Part shown: piece by piece, positions 39,291 to 52,626 of the stretch
Layout: each line of letters opens with the position of its first letter
How positions within the stretch are numbered: the first letter of the stretch is position 1
NCBI GenBank assembly: GCA_951406725.2
Contig: OX597830.1
Span: 65,906,001-65,970,000, forward strand
Source: Octopus vulgaris
Taxonomy: Eukaryota
DNA length: 64,000 bases
Direction of reading: 5' to 3'
Program-made: the position numbers and the translations under genes
Notes under the pieces: generated by a model
The model's database searches: none
What the model was told of the DNA's origin: nothing
The model's input: the letters and a program-made list of their open reading frames with translations, nothing else

Positions 39291-40196
39291 GTAGTTTGGC
39301 ACAGCATCCTTTGGCTTGGTCGAACAACCAATGCTATCCAGTTGGGATTTATAATACAGGATGTACTATTCATCCTTTCAATTGCCGAATACAAAATGTG
39401 GTTCATGAGACCTCCATTCAAGTGTGTTTCCGGACTCACCATCTCCCCCTTGTATTCCGATCCATCACAAGGTTACCCATTAACAGCTGAATGGACTGGG
39501 CCAATATAAAAGTTTTTTGCTTAAGAACACAAGGCATGACCAGTACAGGAATTGAAACCATGATCCTGAGATCGTGACTGCAATACCCTAACCACTCAAC
39601 CGTATGCTATCATTCATCACTGCCTGCAACCATCAATTTTTGCAATTTTAATTGTGAAACCATTCTATTATATTCTCTCAAGAGAGTCTATAGCATCACA
39701 GAAAGTTATCTAGGAGATGGCGAGGGAGGCATCTTTCATTCAGTATATGATAAACAGCTTTGGTCTTTATCAGCTGTTATTAAAATATATATATTTTTTA
39801 AAACATACTTATTGGAATCATTCAACTGTAAAGTGGGAATGGTACTGGGGAGGAAGTGGAACAGGATACTTTACAGTAACCACTCAACCATATAAGCACT
39901 TTCCAACCATTTCTGGAATTGTTCCAATGTTCTGTGGAAATTTTGCCAATTTCTCTATCAGTATCTAAATGTCAGTCGTTTTATAGATTCTATTCAAATA
40001 GTTAATTAAACTGTTTAATCTAAATGAATGTAAAAAATTTTATCATGAAGAATATGTAATGTCATCATTGTTGTTATTACCATTGATCAACCCTAGATCA
40101 GCCTTGACTGAGAAATTCTATGAGCAAACACATGCAGATCATGGCCATTCCATGGGGGTTTTTTTTCGGGTAGTCTATGACCTTTTTTTTTTTCTG

Positions 40197-40455
40197 TGGA
40201 GGCACGTGGCTTAGTGGTTAGGGTGTCAGCATCATGATCATAAGATTTTGGTTTCAATTCCTGGACCGGGCGTCGCATTGTGCTCTTGAGCAAAACACTT
40301 CATTTCATGCTGCTCCAGTCCACTCAGCTGGCAAAAATGAGTAATGCTGTGATGGACTGGCGTCCCGTCCAGCTGGGGAACACATATGCCATTGAAACCA
40401 AGAAACCGGGCCCATGAGCCTGGCTAGGCATTAAAAGGGCACATTTATTTATTTT
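40197..40455 (+). mobile_element. Chimeric tRNA-SINE (D-like middle, C variant-2 tail)
   Basis: A-box tggcttagtggtt; gctccagtccactcagctg middle as in family D; tail as in the 28441 copy. Confidence 0.75.
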
Positions 40456-40661
40456 TTTAATTTTATATCCTTTTTTTAAGATTATAATATGTGATTTGAA
40501 GGAGATTTGACTGCTATTTCTAGCCTATTTGAGTGACCACATAGAGACTGGTAACTGGTTTATGTATTATTATGTTATGTAACTGAGTGTGACAAATGTC
40601 ATAAAATGGAGGGCAAGAAGTACTAGGAAAATGTAGTAAGTTGAAATGTAGAAATACTAGG

Positions 40662-40914
40662 TGAGCTGGCAGAATACTAGTTAGGCAGTGAGCTGACAGA
40701 AACGTTAGCATGCCGGGCGAAATGCTTAGTGGCATTTTGTTCATCTTTACGTTCTGAGTTCAGATTCTGCCGAGGTCGACTTTGCCTTTCATCCTTTTGG
40801 GGTCGATAAATTAAGTACCAGTTACTCACTGGGGTCGATGTAATTGACTTAATCCTTTTGTCTGTCCTTGTTTGTCTCCTCTATGTTTAGCCCCTTGTAG
40901 GCAATAAAGAAATA
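40662..40914 (+). mobile_element. SINE family B with 12-bp TSD and partly duplicated head
   Basis: agaaatactagg at 40650-40661 and 40915-40926. Confidence 0.88.
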
Positions 40915-41186
40915 AGAAATACTAGGAGAGTGTGGTGAGCAGCAAGAAACACATACACACACACATATATTGTATACTTTGTCTGTATAAATAGATGTAC
41001 AATTGGTACTAACCATCAGGGAATACTTTATTGCATTAAGTCAGTGCAATAAAATGTTCTTTGATGACCATTTCTGGTTAAGCATCCACATAAATTTCGA
41101 ACACCCAGTGCATGGTTCCAAGCAACCATAATGGTAAAACATACATAGGAACTAATAATATCAACTTGTGTTTATCGTAATTTCTT

Positions 41187-41310
<124 letters not shown>

Positions 41311-41823
41311 TTAATAATAATAATAATAATAATAATAATGATAATAATATTAAATGCCAAAACGAATTCCTGTGTGTCAGTGTGTCACACTTTGACCCCT
41401 CTCTCACTATTCAATGACACTTCTACTATTCCACCTGCTGGGGTGAGAGTAATAGAAGGCATAGAAATGATGAAGGCAGTAGTAGATTGACAGTTGTGAT
41501 GGTAATGGGGTAATAGTAATAGTATGAGCTGTAGGTGTGATAGAGGCAGAGGTGACAGTGATAATGGTGGTGGTGGTGGTGGTAGTCAAGGCAGTCAGGT
41601 ATGACGGTGATAGTAAGGGATGTGGAAGACAGTGGTGATGGTGGTGGAGGGAAAGGCGGTGAAGTCAAAAGTATTGATGGTGGTGGCGTCAGAAGTATGA
41701 ATGGTGTGTGTATGGCAGTTGTAGTGGCAATGGTGGTGGTACTGGTGATGGTGATGGTTGAAAACAATCAACAGAAAGAGAGGCAGCTTTTAAGCTATAC
41801 ATGTATAAAGCCAGGTTAATAAG

Positions 41824-41858
<35 letters not shown>

Positions 41859-41979
41859 CAGGTTAATAAGGGATATTAGTCTAAGAAAAATACTTCTTAA
41901 GCTCTCTGCAGATAAAAATATAATATATATAACATAGATAGATAGATAGATATATTCACGGACGTGTGTGAGGCATATA

Positions 41980-42012
<33 letters not shown>

Positions 42013-42905
42013 GCATACATATATATCGTACATATATATCATACATATATATGTATGATATATGTATGTACATATATATATCATATATATATATCATACA
42101 TATATATGCATACATATATATCTACATATATGCATACATAAATATATCAATATACATACGTGTGTGTATGTGTTTGTGTATACATACCAATACCAATGTA
42201 ACTATCAAAAGTGACAGGAATTTCTTTCTTTCTTCTTAATTTTACTGTTTCAAGTCTTGTTCTATTTCTCATCTTGTGTTTCTCATCATTTTGTAACAAT
42301 TTTTCTTGAATTTACATCAAGCATTGACATCTCCTTGTGATAGTTTTCCCTTCTTTTTTTTTCTGTTTACTGTTTGAAATTAAGTAGTTTCTCTGTGACA
42401 GAAAATTTCTTTACCTGCTTTGACTTCAAATCATTACCTGCTGTATATTTGTAAAGTTGGCTCTTCATCTCTTCACTTCCTCACCCCGTCTTACTCACCT
42501 TCATTATTCTCTCTCACATTTTCACATCCAAAGATCATCATCTTCGTCATTGTAATCATCATCACCTTCCTCAACATCATTTAACATCCGTTTTCCATGC
42601 AGGCATAGGTTGGACAGTTCAGTCGGAGCTGGCAAACCATAGGACTGAACCAAGCTCTGCTGTCTGCTTTGGTATGGTTTTCGTGGCTTAATGGCCCCTC
42701 CTAATGTCCATCACATTACAAAGTGTACCGGGTCCTTTTTCGCTTGTCACTAGCATTAGTGAGGCCACCGAGTAACTTGCAAGAAATGACCCTTCAACAA
42801 GAGAAAGTGGGAAAGGGAGAGAGAAGAGTAATTGACACCAGTACTGGTCTGTTTCTTTAGTGATTGACCATGAGAGGGTGAAAGGCAAAGTTGACATTGA
42901 CAGGG

Positions 42906-42951
42906 CCCTAACCCTAACCCTAAACCTAACCCCTAACCCTAACCCTAACCC
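42906..42951 (-). repeat. Interstitial (TTAGGG)n tract, about 7 units
   Basis: ccctaaccctaaccctaaacctaacccctaaccctaaccctaaccc between two SINE B fragments (~42860-42905 and 42950-43100). Confidence 0.9.
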
Positions 42952-43164
42952 ACAAGGGGTTAAACACAGAGAGGACAAACAAGGACATACAAAAGGATTA
43001 AGTCGATTACATCGACCCCAGTGCGTAACTGGTACTTATTTAATTGACCCCGGAAGGAAGAGAGACAAAGTCGACATTGACAGGATTTGAACTCAGAGCA
43101 CAGAGACAGAAAGAGTGGTAGAAAGCATTCTTCCTGATGTTGTCTTTGTCAGCACACATTCTAT

Positions 43165-43650
43165 CTATGCTACCAGGGTTCTGTTCAAGGGCTCAACACC
43201 CTGCCAGTTCTGAGACTTGAACTTATGACCAAATGAACGTGAGCCCAACATCATAACCACTAGATTATGTGCCTTAAACAAAAGGCTATCATGAGACTCA
43301 CACAATACCTGTGCCTTATATGGACTGGAGTAACATGTGATGCAGTAGAGTATCAAGGAGGGGATACAATGAGGGTAGTCCACCATGGGCCTTGCTTTTA
43401 TAAGGATGACATTTTTGGGTCTGTTGTATAAGCTTGTATAATGGGTGCAGGGTTGTAAATTCAAAGGATGCCTCGGTTGACATGCATTCTAGCTATGCCA
43501 CTGGTGTAATGAAGAGTTGTGTTCAAGAGCTCAACATACTGCCTGGTCTAAGATTTGAACTTGCAACCTAATGAACATGAGCCCAACATCATAACCACTA
43601 GGCTATGTGTCTCAACCAAGAGGTTATGATGAGACTCACACAATTCCTGT
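43165..43650. repeat. Old direct duplication (~150 bp, offset ~335 bp) containing a degenerate tRNA-SINE head on the minus strand
   Basis: tgagcccaacatcataaccactag...atgagactcacacaat.cctgtg occurs twice. Confidence 0.75.
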
Positions 43651-44662
43651 GAATCATATGCTAAGTAAACAATGGGAAAACGCTCTATTGTATTTATTAC
43701 CCCTGAAGTTGCTATGATATCAAAACAGCAACATCTGGAAATAGATACACTTTGAAGGGGAATATAAAACAATGGAATGGTAGACAGCAAAATGATTCCA
43801 ATGAGGATGTTTACCAAAAATCTCGTTTCACTGAACAAACAAAAACCTATCCGGAGAAATACAAATATTTGCTAGAATTTCAAAACAGACAAATGTATCA
43901 ACTGTTGTGTGTGTTGTTTATTCATTGTTGTTTACGGATGACTTTTAGTAATAAATGGTAAAATAGCAGTAATGGCCGGCAGGATGACTTTTCAAATCCC
44001 GAATGAAGTTTATGCATGCACACACAAACACAATTAGACACAAACACTTACACACACACACACACATACCTATACACACACACACTCAAACACACTCAAA
44101 CACATATACATACACAAATACATACACATACACACAAACTCACACACACACTCACATACACAATTAGACACAAACACTTACATACACAGACACACACACA
44201 CACATACCTACACACACACACACACACACTTAAACACATATACACATGCAAATACATACACATACACACAAACTCACACACACACACACATACACACCTG
44301 CCCCCCCACACACACACACACATACACACACATGCACCTGCCCAACACAAATACACCCACTCACACACACACACACAAATACTCCTACACACACACACAC
44401 GTACATGCACACACACAAACACACACCCAGTCATGTGCACATACATGCATACATACATTCACATGAGCCTATAACATATGGTTATGTGGTTAACAAGCTA
44501 ACCACAGGTATGGTTCTGTGGCTAAGAAACTCATTTTGTAACTGTGTGGTTTTGGGTTCAGTCCCTCTGCAAGGCATTATAAATAAATGCCTTCTGCTGC
44601 AGCACCAGGCCAAGAACAATACCTTGTGAGAGAATATTCTAAACAGAAACTGTCTAGAATAG

Positions 44663-44836
44663 AAAGGCGACGAGCTGGCAGAAGCATTAGCACGCTGGGC
44701 GAAATGCTTAGCGGTATTTCATCTGCCGTTACATTCTGCATTCAAGTTCCGTCTTGAACCCAGAATGAAAACACAGATGAAATGCTGCTAAACATTTTGC
44801 CTGGCAGGTTAATGATTCTGCCAGCTCACTGCCTTT
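44663..44836. mobile_element. Two SINE B heads in inverted orientation
   Basis: aaggcgacgagctggcagaa... followed by ...ttctgccagctcactgcctt. Confidence 0.8.
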
Positions 44837-44919
44837 TGCCATTATTCTAATATAGATAATATGTAATATATCTTTGTTCTGTCATGGGAGGGTCATCATG
44901 CCAATGAAAACACATGCAC

Positions 44920-45330
44920 TGATGAAAGGCTGAAGACGCTCAACCTTTATTCTCTAGAAAAACGCCGCCGCCGCAGTGATCTCATTCTCGCTCACAACAT
45001 CATAAGTGCAAAGTGTAATCTCTCGAAAGAGCTGTTCTTCACTACTGCTCCAGAGCATCAGCTGCGGGGTCACTCTGAAAAGCTCTATCTGCGACGATTT
45101 CATCTCAATCAAAAGAGAGGGGGTTTCTCCGTCCTGGTTGCGGATCCGTGGAATAAGCTGCCAGACGCGATAGTGAAGATGCCAACGACCACTCGGTTCA
45201 AAGTCTCTCTGGACCAGAAATGGCCTGAACTCTTTGCATGAACACCCTCCCTGTACATAACTCCATTTCCCCCTACATGGCCTAGCATTTTGCTTTTTGA
45301 ACCAAAAAATTAACTTAACTTAACTTAACT
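44920..45330 (+). mobile_element. CR1-type LINE 3' fragment, second family, (TAACT)n tail
   Basis: ERLKTLNLYSLEKRRRRSDLI..LRGHSEKL..WNKLP..FKVSLD, then a short UTR and ttaacttaacttaacttaact. Confidence 0.85.
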
Positions 45331-45496
45331 ATTTCCCTTCATTATTCATCATTTGGTTAACTGTCAAACCCAATTAACTAGTTGATTGTTTGATTAATTG
45401 TTTGGTTAATCAATGAATCTGTTAAGTTTGTCAAAGTTTGTTCTTCACTGAATGATTAATCAAACGGTCAATTAGTTAATTGGTTAAATAGTTAAA

Positions 45497-45681
45497 TAGG
45501 TGCAGGAGTGGCTGTGTGGTAAGTAGCTTGCTTACTAACCACATTGTTCTGGGTTCAGTCCCACTGCGTGGCACTTTGGGCAAGTGTCTTCTACTATACC
45601 ATCGGGCCAACCAAAGCCTTGTGAGTGGATTTGGTAGACAGAAACTGAAAGAAGCCCGTCGTATATATGTATGTATGTATG

Positions 45682-45744
<63 letters not shown>

Positions 45745-45972
45745 ATATGTTTGTGTGTCTGTGTTTGTCCCCCCAACATCGCTTGACAACCGATGCTGGT
45801 GTGTTTATATCTGCCGTAACTAAGCAGTTCGGCATAAGATACCGATAGAATAAGTACTAGGCTTACAAAGAATAAGTCCTGGGAGTCGATTTGCTCGACT
45901 AAAGGCGGTGCTCCAGCATGGCCACAGTCAAATGACTGAAACAAGTAAAAGAGTAAAAACATTAAAAGAGTA
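45497..45972 (+). mobile_element. tRNA-derived SINE family A, full length
   Basis: A-box tggctgtgtggt, B-box gggttcagtccc, internal (TA/TG)n, tail ggcggtgctccagcatggccacagtcaaatgactgaaacaagtaaaagag. Confidence 0.92.
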
Positions 45973-48414
45973 ATTGATAAATAAATGAAGTGGAATAGAA
46001 CCAGTGTGTGTGTTTATTATTGACATAATGACCTTCCCAAGATACAACAAAATCTTAATTACTAGCAAGCTCACAGTATTTCGTTTTGCAGCCACACTAT
46101 ACTACCAAGTGTATTAAAGATTTACAAGTCAACATTGTACTTTACTTTTATGCTAGTAGTGTAATAAGACAACAGAATATGTTTCATCACATGGTACCAC
46201 ATTAAAAATCTTGCAAATCAAATACAAAAATGGAAAGTAACATGGCTGTTGTTGTTGTTTAGATCCAGGTAAGGCGTTATTGAAGTCATCATCATCATCA
46301 TCATCTTCGTCATCATCGTCACCCTCCTAATCATCATCATCATCATCATCATCATCATTTTAGTGTCCTCATTTTTTTATGCTTGCATGTATCAAATACA
46401 ATTCATCGAGTAAGATTTTCTACGACTAGATGCTATTTCTGTCACCAACATTCACATGTTTCCAAGTAAGGTAATATTTCCCCACTAGTCCTTCAAACAT
46501 AGCACAATGATTGGACATGATTTCACAGAAGATTTCAAGCAGGCTTACACACACACACATGCACATACATATACATACACACTCACATATTCGCACAAAC
46601 ATGTACATAGCTATACATAGATACACATACATATTTACACACACACACACACATTCACACACACATACACACAAATATATATGAAGAATTTCTTTCAGTT
46701 TTGTCTACCAAATTCACTAACAAGGCTTTGATTGTCCTGGGGTTATATTAGAAGGCAAGGTGACACCATGTATTTATATATACCACATGGCGTCACGAGT
46801 TTAAAGCTATCTAACACTACATGTTCATGAGTCAATGGAGGAATTTCTATCCAGTTGCTCAACCTACACGAAATAGAAACCAAACCTCCCTCAATTCATT
46901 CCTTATTTTTTTGTAAAAGATGGACACATTGGATAATGTGCTCTTGTGTGCATTGAACCTTGGAAAAGTTTGGATAGTCATGGATGGAACTCTTTCATCA
47001 TAAGTTTGCAGTACCAAAGCTGACATGGAGCCAATCAATAAACAACAAGGAAAAAATACTAAATAATATAGTCTTAGATATACCATATTTGATTGATGAT
47101 GGCATCATTTATTGTCAGAATGCCTTCAATCATAGACTTGCTCAGTCAGAGCTGACCTGGGGTTAAATAGCAGCAACATGATGTTAACATGTTAACTATG
47201 ATAGTTCTTCAGTTTTCAGCCAACAGTTCTCTCACTTGGTTTTTTTTTTTTTTTTTTTGGCTTTATTTTGCAGCACCAACATAATTCAGAACTAATGAAA
47301 TTCTTTGTTTTCATTCTTAACTCTTTTCTGTTTTATTTTGGTTGGCTCATGTTTGACATGTCTATAAATTTCCTGGTTTCCTGTGCTTAGCACCAACCAT
47401 TTCAATCAATATCTTCTAATGTTTATCAAATGTTGCAATTGGCAAACATAACGCCTCATCTATGAGACATAATCACACAAACACTACACTACTATTTAGT
47501 GGTGACTGTTTTTTATGAGCTTATGGTGTTTACTCCAACAATTCATGGGAAAGTCATTAGTGAGTAACTAGCCTCACATCCAGGAGCAGAATTGTTTCTT
47601 GTCTGCTGATACTAAAGAAACTGGAATCTGACAGTGCTTCAAATAAATCTAAGAGTTCTTTGAAAATATTTACTTACAAATAAAATTCTTTTCTGGAAGC
47701 TTCTAAAAGAAAGTTCTCACATTTCTGAACTGAACTAACAAACTTCTAGAAAATTCCAAAAGAAAATATATATTTCCAAGTTTTAATGGAAGATTAGCTT
47801 AGCTAGTAGATATTGGTTTGCAGTTTATGTGGTCCAAATTTTACTACAAGTACAATTCTTGATTCAAGGCTTTTAATTTAAAATAGATAAACCATTTTCT
47901 TTACGGTTGATTGCTTGACATCAATAAGACTATCCAAGTGCACTAGACTAAAACGGAGTGTGCTGAACATTAGAGTAAAGGAAACTTCAATATTGTTTTA
48001 TAAAATAAATCCTACTAGCTTTACTAACCTGATACTCTGGTTATAAACTGTTTAGACTATTTGAAATGGAAATTGTGTAAAATTGTATTAGATACGTACA
48101 CATTGACCATTATATGCCTCACATCCGACTGTTAATCTTATGTTCCAGTAATTCAATCATGATTTTTGGATTTCAAAATAATTCAAAGTGCTTCAGAAAT
48201 GGTCATAAAATAAGACTAAGTATAAAAGATTCAGATATAGCTATTTAGTTATGTGTTTGAGAAGTTCACCCCTCAGTCAGTCACCTGGTTCTGGGTAATG
48301 TTCGACTGTATTACAACTTGCATAAGTGCTTTCTAACATAATTTTAGATTACTAGAGAAATTTGGTTGGTTAAAATTGTATGGAAGCTCATCATTATCAA
48401 CGTCATCATTTTAA

Positions 48415-48633
48415 CCCTTTAGTGTTCCGATTATTCTATCAAACATAATGCCTATTGATTCACATTGATTTGAATTAATCATGCATTATCTCATATCTTC
48501 AAGATCTTGATGGTGTAATTACTTAATGTAGAATAACATTGTAGGGTAGGTGTGAGAGCCTGGATCTGGTCAGTTTGAACATAAAACAGATTAACTATTT
48601 TGGCCGGATATGGCCGGTTTAAATACTAAAGGG
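48415..48633. mobile_element. piggyBac-type MITE
   Basis: TTAA|ccctttagt...actaaaggg|TTAA. Inserted in the ttaa of a minus-strand SINE E tail. Confidence 0.85.
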
Positions 48634-48684
48634 TTAATGTCCATTCTGTCATGCCTGCATGAGTCAGACATCATGTATATATAA

Positions 48685-48897
48685 TGGGGTGCTGAAAGGT
48701 TCCTGGCTTTAAGGGTGTCGTAAAAGGCCTGGTTGGAGACCCAACCTCCTGAGTTCTTTTACAAGGCTTAGAAAAACTGAAGGGTCACAGCAATAATTGC
48801 GTGAATCTGGGAGGGGAATATGTTGCATAAAAGCACAATCAACTGATCCTCCTGTATTTTCTTTTACCCAAAGCCAGGAACTTTTCAGCACCCCCTT
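48685..48897. mobile_element. Mariner-like MITE (same family as 28055, opposite orientation)
   Basis: TIRs ggggtgctgaaaggttcctggcttt and aaagccaggaacttttcagcacccc. Confidence 0.88.
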
Positions 48898-48924
48898 GAG
48901 GGTGTGTGTCTATTTACATACATC

Positions 48925-48959
<35 letters not shown>

Positions 48960-49044
48960 CACATGACTTTGCATTGGCACCACTGAGACAGTGAAGTTAT
49001 GTTTCATGTTAAAGAAAAGTTTCACAGAGACACAATGTATTCTT

Positions 49045-49670
49045 TTTCTCTTATTCTTTGATTAGCTTCAGTCATTGAACTGCAGCCATACTGGAGCACC
49101 ACCTTGAAGGGTTTTTTAGTCCAACAAATTGACCCCAGGACTTATTATTTTTATTTTTTAAGCCTAGTACTTATTCTATAATAAGCACATGGCCTAGTGG
49201 TTAGAGCAGCAGACTCGCGGTCGAGGGATCGCGTGTTCGAATCTCAGACCGGGTGATGTGTGTGTTTATGAGTGAAATATCTAAGCTCCACACAGCTCCA
49301 GCAGAAGGTAATGATGAAACTTCTGCTGACTCTTTCACCACAACTTTCTCTCACTCTTTCTTCCTGCATCTTGCAGCTCACCTGCGAAGGACCGTTCCAT
49401 CCAGGTGGGGAACCTATACGCCAAGGAAACCGGGAAACCGGCCCTTATGGCTCGAGAAGGAACAAATAAACTTATTGTATAGATCTCTTTTGCCAAAACA
49501 CTAAGTTACAGGGACTTAAAACACACCAATACCAGTTGTCAAGCAGTGATGAGGGCACAAACAGAGACTAAAAGACATGCACACTTAGATATAAATATGA
49601 CGGGCTTCTTCCAGTTTCCGTCTACAAAATCCATTCACGAGGCTTTGGTCGACCCAAGGCTATAGGAGAA
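49045..49670 (-). mobile_element. SINE family A interrupted by a SINE C insertion
   Basis: Family A sequence stops at 49180 and resumes at ~49482. Confidence 0.8.
49181..49469 (+). mobile_element. SINE family C nested in SINE A
   Basis: A and B boxes tggcctagtggtt / gttcgaatc; TSD acttatt(c/g)tata at 49169-49180 and 49470-49481. Confidence 0.85.
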
Positions 49671-50069
49671 GGCACTCACAGCCATGCCTGCACCTGTATG
49701 AAGATACAGAATAAGGTACCTTATATGAAAAATAAACAAGTAAGGACTGACATCAGGAAGGGCAGCTGGTGAATATGGAGGGTGGGGTAACACATCCCAG
49801 CCGAACTGCAGCAATTTTTGTCTGGTTCCCAAAGCATCAAGTGTCCAACCCATACCAGCATGTAAAAGAGAAAAAGGGGAAAAGAAACAAAGAAAAACAT
49901 GATGACGATGATGATGGTGGTGGTGGTGGTGGTGGTGAAGATGATGATGATGACTATGAAGGTTATGACAATGATGACAACAAAGGTGATGACGATGATG
50001 ATAATGTCGATGATGATGGTGAGGATAATGATGATGATGATGACGATGATGATGGGGGGTGTGGTCAAT

Positions 50070-50308
50070 CGATGTTGGGGGGACAAACACAGACACAACA
50101 TACACACACACACACACATATATATATACATACACACATACACATATATATGACGGGCTTCTTTCAGTTTCCATCTACCAAATCCACTCACAAGGCTTTG
50201 GTCAGCCCGAGGCTACAGTAGAAGACACTTGCCCAAGGTGCCATGCAGTGGGACTGAACCCGGAACCATGTGGCTGGTAAGCAAGCTACTTCCCACACAG
50301 CCACTCCT
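50070..50308 (-). mobile_element. SINE family A 5' half
   Basis: Matches the head of the 45497 copy. Confidence 0.85.
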
Positions 50309-50690
50309 AGACCTTTTCCAAAATATTTTTCTAACAGGAGGGAAAAAAAAAATAACTAAAACAAAAAATAAATAAATAAATAAATAAACACAGGCTGCAT
50401 GAATGAAAAATACAAGTATTTTTGAGTTTTTTGAATTTCTGAATTAACATCAACAGACTGAAGTTATATAACAATCTAGAAACAAAATTTTTGAAAGAAT
50501 TCAAGAGGATATGTGATATCTTAAAAAACAACTGGTAACATTAACAATTATATTTTCTTCTACCATGAGAGAAAGAGAGAAAAGAAAAGAGAGAGAGAGA
50601 GAGGACTGACTACATGTTTCTGAATTACTCAGTAAATCACGTGCTTATAAGTCATGTGATGCAATCTGTAGACCTCCCTGTATATAAAAT

Positions 50691-50857
<167 letters not shown>

Positions 50858-50918
50858 AAAATAATATGTGACAATTATTCAATAGCCATATATATACATA
50901 TATGGGTATATATGTATG

Positions 50919-50960
<42 letters not shown>

Positions 50961-51010
50961 TATCCATATATGTATGTATATATATATATATACATATATG
51001 GACATATATG

Positions 51011-51048
<38 letters not shown>

Positions 51049-51147
51049 TGGACATATATGTATATATATACATATATATACATATATACACACACATATT
51101 TATACACACATACACGAAAAAAATAAATAAATATATATATATATACA

Positions 51148-51897
51148 CTAGCAGTATCGCCCGGCGTTGCTCAGGTTTGTAAGGGAAATAACTATAAAGC
51201 ATTTTTAGAGAGTTATAGCCAAAAAATAGAAAAAAAATGATGGTAAATTTTTTTGAGAGTTAAAACAGGTGGAGTTGCGTCCCCTAGACGGTCTGTGGTT
51301 TGGGTTTCTCATTCTCGACCCCATGTCGAATTTATCGATTTTTTTCAGAACTGGGGGAACTTTTCAAAATTTTCGCTGCGTTAGTTTTGAATTATGACAT
51401 TGGGCTATGTGTGTGTCAAGTTTCATCAGAATCGGTTGAAAGCCGTGGTCAGAGTGAGGGTACGAGAAAACAGACACACAGAAACACGCACAGACAAACT
51501 GCCGTTTATATATAGAGAGATAGCAGTATCGCCCGGCGTTGCTCAGGTTTGTAAGGGAAATAACTATAAAGCATTTTTAGAGAGTTATAGCCAAAAAATA
51601 GCAAAAAAATGGAAAAAAATGATGGTAAATTTTTTTTGAGAGTTAAAACAGGTGGAGTTGCGTCCCCTAGACGGTCTGTGGTTTGGGTTTCTCATTCTCG
51701 ACCCCATGTCGAATTTATCGATTTTTTTTCAGAACTGGGGGAACTTTTCAAAATTTTCGCTGCGTTAGTTTTGAATTATGACATTGGGCTATGTGTGTGT
51801 CAAGTTTCATCAGAATCGGTTGAAAGCCGTGGTCAGAGTGAGGGTACGAGAAAACAGACACACAGAAACACGCACAGACAAACTGCCGTTTATATAG

Positions 51898-51902
<5 letters not shown>
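51148..51902 (-). mobile_element. Head-to-tail dimer of a second non-autonomous Helitron subfamily (51148-51520 and 51521-51902)
   Basis: The minus strand reads A|TC...hairpin...CTAG|T. Two near-identical ~375-bp units share the 3' end of the 19801 family. Confidence 0.88.
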
Positions 51903-51963
<61 letters not shown>

Positions 51964-52199
51964 ATATATAGATAGATAGATAGATAGAAGTAATATACTG
52001 TGTGTATGTCTGAGTGTATGTGTATAAAGTGAGTATATGGCAGGAATGGGAGGAAGTTAGCCTTGTTTATCACACCCTAACATATATAGAGAAACCTAAA
52101 ACAGCCTCAATAGAATTTCGGAGGGATGCGGATGTGGGTGGGTGGGTGGGTGATTGTTTTTGTTTATCTTCAGCTAGAATTATAAAAATGTCAAACAAT

Positions 52200-52595
52200 T
52201 GGCATTTTTGGTTGAATTGGTGGCTTGCTTGGTTGCTTGGTTGCTTGGTTGTTTGATTGCTAGTTCTTCTGGTTTGTTAGTTGTTAATCGCTCAGTTCCT
52301 TCGCTGGCTGGTTGGTTGGTTGGTTGGTTAGTTGGTTGGTTGGTTGGTCGGTCGGTTGGTTGGTTGGTTGGCTGGTTGGTTGGTTGATTGGCTAGTTGGT
52401 TGGTTGGTTGGTTGGCTGGTTGGTTGGTTGGTTGGTTGGCTGGTTGGTCGTTTTTCTTTCATCACTCCAAGCTGGGTTAGATTAATAATTGTGATAGTAA
52501 TAATAGTGGTGATGGCAGCAGTGGTGGTAATTTATGCAGTAGTAGTAGTGGTGTGGTGGTGGTGGTGGTGGTGATGGTGGTGGTGGTGGTGATGC

Positions 52596-52626
<31 letters not shown>

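Noticed and set aside
39800-39970. Possible minus-strand exon (tttag ... gtatgt) or aromatic + strand ORF
   Set aside because: All three minus frames contain stops and I recognise no homology.
43548-43961. Short ORFs in unique sequence, one hydrophobic
   Set aside because: No recognisable family, and hydrophobic ORFs are expected in T-rich DNA.
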